From the NCBI GenBank assembly GCA_002633005.1, contig NMRA01000770.1, positions 1 to 64,000 on the forward strand: a stretch of 64,000 nt of DNA, in the 5' to 3' direction. Shown one piece after another: positions 47,401 to 59,400 of the stretch (the stretch's first letter is position 1; each line of letters begins with the position of its first letter). The stretch comes from Phoronis australis. Lineage: Eukaryota; Animalia; Phoronida. The notes below the pieces were generated by a model. That model made no database searches. It was not told where the DNA came from and saw only the letters and a list, made by a program, of their open reading frames with translations. Position numbers and translations under genes: made by a program.

Positions 47401-50400
47401 TGGCAATTTTCCTGTTATGAAAGAACACCATTAGGAGCACACTATTTGCCTTGCAGTTATGGGCGCAATTCGATACTCTGCATTGCTCTTGTTTTATATT
47501 CTATTATTTTTACTGTTGACTAAGTCTTTGGTGTAATTTTAGGTGCGAAGCTACCACAAGACATTCTACCGTCCAGAGAACCTGTGTCTTGTCATCACTG
47601 GGCAAATTGAGGCAACTAAGGTGTTTGAATCTCTCAAGCCTTTTGAGAATAAAATCCTCTCAAAGGTAACATATTATAGTATTCAGTTGTCATGCACATT
47701 CCTTGCACTGTAACTAGTATCAACAAACTGCTACATGAGCCTGGTGCAAATTACAAATCCTTTCAGAAGTTATTAACAAAAATTTAAAGCGGCTGCAAAC
47801 TCGTATCCCGTCCAAGAAGCGAATTTTTGACTCAGACCACTGACTACTATTAAGCTGGTCTTGACTCGTCCCTTGCTTTGTTGAGAAATGATTTCTGGGT
47901 TTACAAAGAAGTGATATTTTCATCGAGATCATGCTTGTCACATAAAATGACAAACCGTGGCAAGCCAACTTGTAGAGCCTGATACCAAGCAATAACAAAT
48001 GAAGCAAGCCAACCTGTAGAGCCTGTTATCGAGCAATAACAATCCGTGGCTAGCCAACCTGTAGAGCCTGATACAGAGCAATAACAAACGGGGCAAGCCA
48101 ACCTGTAGAGCCTGTTATCGAGCAATAACAAACCGTGGCTAGCCAACCTGTAGAGCCTGATATAGAGCAATAACAAACGGGGCAAGCCAACCTGTAGAGC
48201 CTGATATCAAGCAATAACAAACTGTGGCTAGCCAACCTGTAGAGCCTGATATCAAGCAATAACAAACTGTGGCTAGCCAACCTGTAGAGCCTGATAACGA
48301 GCTATAACAAACTGCCAGTTCTTTCATAGCCCTCAAATCATATACCAAATTTGCCTCATGGAAAAATTTGGGGCCTATTTATAACTAAGTGGTCGAAATC
48401 TAAATTGTTTTGTGACGAAGAGCAGGATTAAAGACGCCTTCAAGTGAAACTTGCACGCTTATTCTTTAGTTCTGCAATTGCTTGGTCAAATTAGTTAGAA
48501 ACACAAGATTTTGCTGTGAATGTGACAGAGGTTGGTTGAAAATTGGCAATTTTTTTTGTGTTGAAAACGGTCCACCCCAAATCACTCAACTGTGTCCAGT
48601 AAGTATGGTGACATTTTGGCGAATAACTCTGCATGAGGCAGGCTATGTGAGCCAACGAGGTACGTCGTTAGTGCAAAGGTCACGTACTTGCAGATTTTTT
48701 TGTTTTGTTTTCGCATTTACAAGCTGTCAATGAATATAGCTGTATTGTGCTTAGCATAAATTATGTTAAGTAGCATTGTGAGTCGTCTAGTTTCTGCTGT
48801 ACATTAGCATAGCAAATACACCTTTACAGTGTGCCAGCTCATCTCAACTAACTCCAACTTTTTTGTTACATATGGCTTGCACACTCCTTGTTGATCATTT
48901 CCTTAGAGTTAAACTGAGAATGACTACTGCAACAATACGCAGACATTAGAGGCGGAAAAGGCAAACGTTCATTGTCATTCGAAGTATTCTGTTGGATATA
49001 TGTGAATGCGCTATCACAAACCTCAACGTGGGCATAGTATCTGTGATTCAGAGATGCGGCACTTGGATTAAAAATGTCACAATTTATTGAATTGTTCTTA
49101 GAAATTACTACAAAATAGGAATCTGTCAGTATCAAACAAAACCTTCACGTTGATTTGACGTATGTAGACATAGTGTTCAAGGAATTGAATTTCACTTTTT
49201 TGCAAAATTTGCAATTATGTAAATTTTTTTTATTTAAGTTTTGTATTGCTGAGTTTACAATGTCATTCATGGTAACTGTACTTTGTTATTGCATTTCTTA
49301 CCAGGGAAAACTCCCAGACCATGTTAGGCCTTGGCAAAGCTCGGTACCTAAACTCCCCTCTACTGTGGAAAAGCTGCACCCGTATCCTTCTGATGATGAG
49401 GAACATGGAATGGTCTATATTGCATGGAGGGGACCAAAGGCTAATGTACGTATTCAGCAATTTTATTGATCTGGTTTAACTGTCTTCTTTGCACAGGCAT
49501 TTTCATTGTTTTATATTTTGCCTTAGTTTGTTAGATATTCGTTTTTTTATAAGCTGTATACTCTTCTATTCTACCCTAACTTACAAATTTGCAAGTTGTT
49601 TTTTCATGAATCATAGTTGTATCCAATTATAGTTTTCAATACAGTTCTCGACCATGCCCCCTGTTGGTGTTCATAGGCACCTTTGTAAAATCACTTGATT
49701 ACAGTGTTGACCCTGTGCTGTCAAACAAATAGAGCCTGTGGATCTGCCTTCCCGTGTTTTTTGGTTTCATTTCAGTCTTAATGAATCTACCTCTCTGGAA
49801 ATCAATATTACAACCGAGGTAAAAAGACACGGCGTTGGACAGCTGTTGTGATCATGTTATTGAAAAATATTTGATTAGCTTTTAAGCTAAATGTCCAGTT
49901 GTCATGGTTACGTTGTTGCGTCTGTTTCCAGGAGCAACTCCGATTTTCTGCTGTTCTTATTCTACTGGAGTACCTGACGGACACGTCAATCTCACCTCTA
50001 CAGAGGGACTTTGTCGAGCGGGAAGACCCTTATTGCAGCAAGGTAGCCTTGTTAGCTGTCAGTCAATTGACGAATGTGGAAGTTTTGATTAATTCCATAC
50101 GTACACATTTTTTCGGGAAGAAATTAAATAAAAAATTTCTCTCGTCACATATTATTGATAGTTGTGAAAAACATTGACTTCAAAATTTCAAGAAGTGTGG
50201 TTTTGTTATTGTTTTGTGGGATTTTCACAAAGATTTAGACAATATTGAAATAAGTTAGTCTTCAACAAAGCAAGATTCAAGCTTTTTGTGACACCTCTAG
50301 ATTATTCCATTTTGTATAACTTTTCTGCTTCAAATCTCAGTGACTTCATGTTTTATTGCATTTAATGTATATTACATTATCTCATAACAAACAAATACCT

Positions 50401-53400
50401 TTATGGTTCATGATGCCAAAAGTCCAAGAGTCTTGTCAAACAGCGTCTTGCCTCAAAACCAAACTTTTTGATTTGACAAGGAAATTTCTAATTTTGGTCT
50501 TTTAGTATTAACAGTTATAACATCGGTCTCACCGTGTTGCTTTCTTAGATTAGAACTGAATTTTAGTTCTGAAAAGAATTGATCAGAGCAAATTAGTTGG
50601 TTGCCGTGGCTGGTTGATGTCCGGTGCTAAGGCAGTATCACTGCCGGGAGAACAGCAGGAGGTTCGAAACGGAGGATGAGGTCTGTATCTGATTGGTTTT
50701 GAAGAACAAATTTTTGCAGTGAAAGCGGATGTTTTTTAAAACCAGAACATGGTTTTGAGTATTGTGTAACTGACAAAATTTGAATAGTTTTATGGCCTTT
50801 CAGTACAAAGGCAAAGTTCCTCGAAATCTGAATGTAGTAGTAATAAAAGTCGTGATATGAGCCAAGTTTATAGAAATTATATTTCGAATTACTTCCGCTG
50901 TGAACTGATGCAAAGGAACTTTATCTGTTTAGTTTTTCAATTCTTGTTCTTGTGGTTTATTTAAGTCTTTACCTTAACACTAACAGGTTCGCTATTCCAT
51001 CATTGAGAACTCAGAAGGGTGTATTTACTTGAAGTTTGAAAACGTTCCCACCGCCAAGATAAAGGAAATCAAACCACGGTTTGTTTCTTTGCAATTACTT
51101 CCCGCTTTCAGCGCACTAAGCATTGAGTGTTTTCAAATGAGATTTTTTTCTGATGTACTTTGTAAGAGTTTTAACCTGATTTTTAAATTATGTTTTGGTA
51201 AGTTGCGCACATGGCCGATAAACCGGTAATGGTCGGATATAACGTACCTGCAGTTTGAGAACCAGTTCTCTCCACTGAGTAACTGGCTTTAAACTGGTTC
51301 TCATAATGTGGGCACACTATATCTGACTATTGCTTGTAAATCTACTCATACCATCACGACAACTCACCAGTTAATTGTGCTGTAAAATGTAAAGGCGCCC
51401 GAGCAGGCGGCAAAACTGAAATCGTGAGCAGACGACTTTTAATTGTCAATGTACGTCTGTATCAGATGCTTCAAGAGTCGTTACAATCTGCCTAGTTCCC
51501 TTTTTTTGAGTTACTTAGCCAAAAGGTGACACTCATTTATCAACATGACTCATGCAGGAGACTGTCTTCAGCTTGTCTGTGTCTGTCAGCAGTTTGTTTG
51601 ATGTTCTTGCCAAGAGGTGGCGATCGATCGATGAAAGCACAGAATTCATGGTAGAACGCACGTTATAGGTTTTGTTAAGGTAGAACTTTATAAAACATGG
51701 ATAAATCCCTGGCCATGCCTTTAAAGTAATGTGAATCTGTACGCTTAAAAATTTGGTTGCATTCCGTGATAACGTTTGGGCTGGCTTGTTGTTGTCGCTT
51801 GTTTGATTTTGTCTTGTCTTTTCCAGGCTAATGGAGACTTTGGAAGGTCTGGTCAACCGGTCTGAGCCAATCAACGAACAGAGGATGAGCGATGTAATTC
51901 AGAAGAGGATACTAGAGTCATTGAGTCAGGTAGGCTTGGGATGANGGACCCAGTCGGTGTGAGTGGGGGGGTGACTAGAGTCACTGAGTCAGGTAGGCTT
52001 GGGATGAAGGGACCCAGTCGGTGTGAGTGGGGGGGTGACTAGAGTCACTGAGTCAGGTAGGCTTGGGATGAAGGGACCCAGTCGGTGTGAGTGGGGGGGT
52101 GACTAGAGTCACTGAGTCAGGTAGGCTTGGGATGAAGGGACCCAGTCGGTGTGAGTGGGGGGGTGACTAGAGTCACTGAGTCAGGTAGGCTTGGGATGAA
52201 GGGACCCAGTCGGTGTGAGTGGGGGGGTGACTAGAGTCACTGAGTCAGGTAGGCTTGGGATGAAGGGACCCAGTCGGTGTGAGTGGGGGGGTGACTAGAG
52301 TCACTGAGTCAGGTAGGCTTGGGATGAAGGGACCCAGTCGGTGTGAGTGGGGGGGTGACTAGAGTCACTGAGTCAGGTAGGCTTGGGATGAAGGGACCCA
52401 GTCGGTGTGAGTGGGGGGGTGACTAGAGTCACTGAGTCAGGTAGGCTTGGGATGAAGGGAGCTAGTCAGTGTGAGTAGGAGGACTGTAAAGATTGTTGAA
52501 CAGCCCCATTGCAAAGCATGACTTTATTTTCAGCGCACATATAAATTTGTGATCTTTGTTCTGCTTTTGTGATCCAAAAATCATTATTTATCAGAAAAAA
52601 GAAACGGATCGGAATCAAATTAGTGAACGATTCTCGTTTTCTGTTATACTGTTGTCAGAATGGAGCTCATAGTTTTTTAATTTTGAACTTTTTTATTTTA
52701 TCTTACTTTGATGTTCGCCGTTTTTGACCCAGTGACGTAGCACACAGTAGAACTTAAAAGATGGCCTGGTTTGGAGCTTTAATTGACGAAACGCATTTTA
52801 ATGTGTAACAACCTGCCGTAACCGACAGCACGAGTTACTCGTCGTATTTCCGGGATCCAAACTTACGAAAATAAACATGATTTTACATGTACTCCAAAAT
52901 AAAATGACCGTTCCTTATGTAATTGCTCTGCGCATGCCAATAGGAAGTGTGTGTTTACAAATTAAACAACTATGAGTGATGCGGTAATAGCAAGCCTATC
53001 ATAAGAACCCGGGACGTTAAACGTATAATATTATTTGTGACCGTTTCGGCTTACTCCAATGTCAGAGCGTGTAACCAAATTAAATCATTATTCTCTTGTA
53101 GCTTGAGGAGGACCCACATGACAAGTTTGCGTTTGTTGCTATCGGCGACTTCTTGTATGGGAACACGAAAGATGAGGTACTGGCTGAAAAATTATTTATA
53201 GTTTGCAGCTGGATTTAATCGAGTTTAGTTTCTAGGTATAGAATCTGATGTATTTTGTATGTTTTTCTGTAAAATATGGGTTTTGAAAATGCAGTCATAG
53301 TTTGAAAAGTCAAAAGACCTGGTGCAGTTATTTTGTACATTGGTTTGTTGCTATGGTGAATGACTTGTTTTATACAGCAGCAAAACGGAAAATTTTCATT

Positions 53401-56400
53401 TTTTCTTAGACTATACATAAATGAAGGCAAGTGCAGTCGGTATGTTTGGCTTTAAGGTGGATCTTTACGTATTGCTAGTGTTTCTTTGTTTGTTTGTTTG
53501 TTTGTTTCCGTGAAACAGGCTCAGTGTGCGATGTGCAGTAGGAAGTGAGAAAGTCAGATTCTCACTTATAGTTCTGCAGTGCTGTTGCTATACTTTCTCC
53601 ACTCCACTCTTCGGATAAGTCACATTTTGTCTGCTTGTATCCAACTTATTCGAGTGTTTGCTTACTTCCAGCTAGAGGAGAGGGTGAACCAGGTGGACAA
53701 CTTCAAGAAGTTGAAGAAGGAGCCCATGTCGTTTTGGACGAGCCTGCTGCAGACCTACTTTGTGGGCACCAAGTGTGTGGCTGTGTTAGCTGAGCCCAGC
53801 ACTGGACTGATGGAGGAGTTGGCGGCGGTGGAGAAGGAGCGGGTGAAGGGGCAGCAGGAGCATCTGGGGGAGGCGGGGCTGAAGGAANCTATGAAGGAAA
53901 AGTTCCAAGTAGAAATTTGTTTCTGGCATTCTAATGCTGTGCTAATCTCGTATGTTGGTAAATTTTGTTTTTAATTCTATGTTTCTGTGGTGCTTTAAGC
54001 AGCTGGTGTATAGGATGTGCTTGTATTATGAAGATTACTCACATTTTGCCCCTAGCCTATTGAGGAGACAAGGACCATGCCTTTCCATTTTGCAAAGTAC
54101 AACATACTACATATATGCCCTCTACTGGCCACTTTATAGTACCAATAAACAACCCTAGAAGGATACCATATGCGGTGCAATTGTGGGCGCATTTCAACGC
54201 TCTGCGTTGCTCTTGTTTGTTTTGTTTTCACATTTACAAGCTGTCAATGAATATAACTGTATTGTGCTTAGCATAGATTATGTTCAAGTAGCATTGTGAG
54301 TCGTTTAGTTTCTGCTATACATTAGCAAAGCAAATACACCTTTACAGTGTGCCAGCTCATCTCAACTAATTCCAACTTTTTTGTTACATATGGCTTGCAC
54401 ACTCCCTGTTGACCATTTCCTTAGAGTTAAACTGAGAATGACTACTGCAACAATACGCAGACAATAGAGCCGGAAAAGGCAAATGTTCATTGTCATTCGA
54501 AGTATTCTGTTGGATATATGTGAATGCGCTATCACAAACCTCAATGTGGGCATAGTATCTGTGATTCAGAGATGCGGCACTTGGATTAAAAATGTCACAA
54601 TTTATTGAATTGTACTTAGAAATTGCTACAAAATAGGAATCTGTCAGTATCAAACAAAACCTTCATGTTGATTTGACGTATGTAGACATAGTGTTCAAGG
54701 AATTGAATTTCACTTTTTTGCAAAATTTGCAATTACCGTATTCGCCGTAATAACCGCCCATGCCCCTATAAGCGCCCCCCCACGCGTTTTCAGACTTTGC
54801 TGAAATAAGCGCCCAGTCCATGAACGTGTACATGCGAACAATGACGTACCTACAGTCCTAAAACTCGGCTACAGTAACGTCTTCAACTTATCAAAAAATT
54901 TTTGCACGGGTCTTCTAGACCACAAGCGGCACTGCTACGTTTGTATTTAGCCGTGACAAAGTAACGCAGCGCTTCAAAAAGAATGCAACAGCGTTGCTAC
55001 GTTCTCGCGACGACCGTGTCCCATGGTCTGACCTTTCAGTAGACACATGACTGTCTCATGAACAAAAATAACTCGGTGTTAAACGCACGTGGCCAGGAAG
55101 CGCGCGCTACATAACCTGTCATCAAAGACATTAGTTGGGAACTATCCATTCATGAAGCGGGTAGCATAGCATCGATAAGAAATGAATATTGGAACTAATT
55201 TCCGACAATTTCTAATACTATCAACATGTTTGCGTTATTTTTGAGATGGATAGTTTGATTAACCGTAACTGGTGTTATTAAGCCGAATATCCGATAAAAT
55301 GACAACCGACAGTGAATGCTTACACACCCTTACACCGAAAAATAACTGTTAGATAGTTACGTACGCATCCAGCTACACGGCGACTAATATGGGCTTTGCC
55401 GAGACAAATGTCGAAAGTTTTTAGCACGGGAGACCGGCAAGTGCTGAATGAAACACGCTCTGGTTTAGGTCTACTGCTTGTGCAAATTTCTTTAGACACA
55501 TCTAGCTAGTTAGATTGCGTGGCTCTGGCCGAAAGAAGGTCTCTGCTTTGGCAAATGAACTCCGTTGACACGCACGCGCTCGCTTACTCGCATGCAGACG
55601 AACTTCAAAACAAACGTCACGTGACAACAACTTTGTGTTCGGCCAGACATTTTTCTCGCCGTGTTGCCGATCATACATGTACATGTAGATGGCACGATGT
55701 TGCACAGATTTATACTTACTGAACCTGTCGTTAATCCAGACTCCACGGGAACTTAAAAACCTTAGAGACGCTACTTATAAAATTTAATGAGGATTTCAGG
55801 TATCGAAACCATTTTTATTCAAGCATTGAAGTCGCCATATCGAATACTGCGATTTCGAAGCAGTCAGTTGGCGAGTTTTCGCNAAACCATTTTTATTCAA
55901 GCATTGAAGTCGCCATATCGAAGACGGCGATTTCGAAGCAGTCAGTTGGCGAGTTTTCGCTCTGGGATTTCAGCACAATTTTCTGTAAAATGATCGTAAT
56001 TTAGCAGCAAAGTTTGATAGCAATGCACCACAGTTTTGTTGAAAGTCTTTAATAGATTACATGCGTCACAGGGCGTAAATTTGATGAATCTTAGCTTCCG
56101 ATTTCACCCGTTTCGGAGACCGGGTTTCAACCACCTTGGGTTATAATAAGCGCCCCCCCTGAACCGAACTTTTCTAAGCGCCCTGGGCGGTTAATACGGC
56201 GAATACGGTAATAACCTTTTCAAACAAATATTTTACTAAATGGTACTAGACCGGTACTAAAAACATGCAACAAAGAAAGCTGCTACATTTTTAGCGATAA
56301 CATGACTCTTTATTTTCTTCAATATCGGTGTACCAGAGAAATCTAGTATTATATACAGTGTACAACAACCCTTGCTTTAAGTTTATATGCCGAGTACGAC

Positions 56401-59400
56401 ATTATATGCCGAGTGCGATATTATATGCCGTCAACCCAGGGGTAGCATCACCATAGGCCCATATTATCATACCATGAGACATCACCATAGGCCCATATTG
56501 TCATACCTTGGGGCATCACCATAGGCCCATATTATCATACCTTGGGGCATCACCATAGGCCCATATCGCACGTTACAACAACTTTCATGAGAGAGNNNNN
56601 NNNNNNNNNNNNNNNNNNNNNNNNNNNNNNNNNNNNNNNNNNNNNNNNNNNNNNNNNNNNNNNNNNNNNNNNNNNNNNNNNNNNNNNNNNNNNNNNNNNN
56701 NNNNNNNNNNNNNNNNNNNNNNNNNNNNNNNNNNNNNNNNNNNNNNNNNNNNNNNNNNNNNNNNNNNNNNNNNNNNNNNNNNNNNNNNNNNNNNNNNNNN
56801 NNNNNNNNNNNNNNNNNNNNNNNNNNNNNNNNNNNNNNNNNNNNNNNNNNNNNNNNNNNNNNNNNNNNNNNNNNNNNNNNNNNNNNNNNNNNNNNNNNNN
56901 NNNNNNNNNNNNNNNNNNNNNNNNNNNNNNNNNNNNNNNNNNNNNNNNNNNNNNNNNNNNNNNNNNNNNNNNNNNNNNNNNNNNNNNNNNNNNNNNNNNN
57001 NNNNNNNNNNNNNNNNNNNNNNNNNNNNNNNNNAGGCTAATGTACGTATTCAGCAATTTTATTGATCTGGTTTAACTGTCTTCTTTGCACAGGCATTTTC
57101 ATTGTTTTACATTTTGCCTTTGTTAGATATTCGTTTTTTTGTAAGCTGTATACTCTTCTATTCTACCCTAACTTACAAATTTGCAAGCTGTTTTTTCATG
57201 AATCATAGTTGTATCCAATTATAGTTTTCAATACTGTTCTCGACCATGCCTCCTGTTGGTGTTCATAGGCACCTTTGTAAAATCACTTGATTACAGTGTT
57301 GACCCTGTGCTGTCAAACAAATAGATCCTGTGGATTTGCCTTCCCGTGTTTTTTGGTTTCATTTCAGTCTACCTCTCTGGAAATCAATATTACAACCGAG
57401 GTAAAGAGACACGGCCTTGGTCAGCTGTTGTGATCATGTTATTGAAAAATATTTGATTAGCTTTGAAGCTAAATGTCCAGTTGTCGTGGTTACGTTGTTG
57501 CGTCTGTTTCCAGGAGCAACTCCGATTTTCTGCTGTTCTTATTCTACTGGAGTACCTGACGGACACGTCAATCTCGCCTCTACAGAGGGACTTTGTCGAG
57601 CGGGAAGACCCTTATTGCAGCAAGGTAGCCTTGTTAGCTGTCAGTCATTTGACGAATATTTTTTCGGGAAAAATTTAAAGAAAATTTTCTCTCGTCACAT
57701 ATTGATAGTTGTGGAAAACATTGACTTCAAAATTTCAAGAAGTGTGGTTTTGTTATTGTTTTGTGGGATTTTCACAAAGATTTAGACAATATTGAAATAA
57801 GTTAGTCTTCAACAAAGCAAGATTCAAGCTTTTTTGACACGTCTAGATTATTCCATTTTTGTATAACTTTTCTGCTTCAAATCTCGGTGACTTCATGTTT
57901 TATTGCATTTAATGTATATTACATTATCTCTTTACAAACAAATACCTTAATGGTTCATGATGCCGAAAGTCCAAGAGTCTTGCCAAATAACGTCTTGCCT
58001 CAAAACCAAACTTTTTGATTTGACAAAGAAATTTTTAATTTTGGCCTTTTATTATTAACAGTAACATCGGTCTCACCATGTTCTTTTATTAGATTAGAAC
58101 TGAATTTTAGTTCTGAAAAGAATTGATCAGAGCAAATAAGGTGGTTGCCATGGGTGGGTAATGTCCGGTGCTAAGGCAGTATCACTGCCGGGAGAACAGC
58201 AGGAGGTTCGAAACGGAGGATGAGGTCCGTATCTGATTTGTTTTGAAGAACAAATTTTTGCAGTGAAAGCGGATGTTTTTTAAAACCAAAACATGGTTTT
58301 GAGTATTGTGTAACTGACAACGGCCCTTCAGTACAAAGGCAAAGTTCCTCGAAATCTGAACTTAATAATAAAAGTCGTGATATAAGCCAAGTTTATAGAA
58401 ATTATATTTCGAATTACTTCCGCTGTGCACTGATGCAAAGGAACTTTATCTATTTAGTTTTTCAATTCTTGTTCCTGTGATTTATTTAAGTCTTTACCTT
58501 AACATTAACAGGTTCGCTATTCCATCATTGAGAACTCAGAAGGGTGTATTTACTTGAAGTTCGAAAACGTTCCTACCGCCAAGATAAAGGAAATCAAACC
58601 ACGGTTTGTTTCTTTGCAATTACTTCCCGCTTTCAGCGCACTAAATATTGAGTGTTTTTAAATGAGATTTTTTCTGATGTACTTTGTAAGAGTTTTAACC
58701 TGATTGTTAAATTATTTTTTGGAAAGTTGCGTACGTGGCCGATAAACCAGTAAATGGTCGTATATAATGTACCTGCAGTTTGAGAACCAGTTCTCTACAC
58801 TGAGTAACAGGCTTTAAACTGGTTCTCATGATGTGGGCCCAGTATATCCGACTATTGCTTGTAAATCTACTCGTACCATCACGACAACTCACCAGTTAAT
58901 TGTGCTGTAAAATGTAAAGGCGGTCGAGCAGGCGGCAAAACTGAAATCGTGAGCAGACGACTTTTAATTGTCAATGTGCGTCTGTGTCAGATGCTTCAAG
59001 AGTCGTTACAATCTGCCTAGTTCCCTTTTTTTGAGTTACTTAGCCAAAAGGTGACACTCATTTATCAACATGACTCATGCAGGAGACTGTCTTCAGCTTG
59101 TCTGTGTCAGTCAGCAGTTTGTTTGATGTTTTTGCCAAGAGGTGGCGATGAAAGCACAGAATTCATGGTAGAACGCACGTTATAGGTTTTGCTAAGGTAG
59201 ATTTTTATAAAACATGGATAAATCCCTGGCCATGCCTTTAAAGTAATGTGAATCTGTACACTTAAAAATTTGGTTGCATTCCGTGGTAACGTTTGGGCTG
59301 GCTTGTTGTTGTCGTTTGTTTGATTTTGTCTTGTCTTTTCCAGGCTAATGGAGACTTTGGAAGGTCTAGTCAACCGGTCTGAGCCAATCAATGAACAGAG

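Noticed and set aside
51911-52480. CRISPR-like regular arrays (also 13066-13369, 47951-48312, 30750-31023)
   Set aside because: Units are contiguous with no unique spacers, there are no cas genes, and the context is eukaryotic introns.
55808-55959. ~77-bp direct duplication inside the TIR element
   Set aside because: The two copies are separated by a single n, typical of an unmerged contig overlap.
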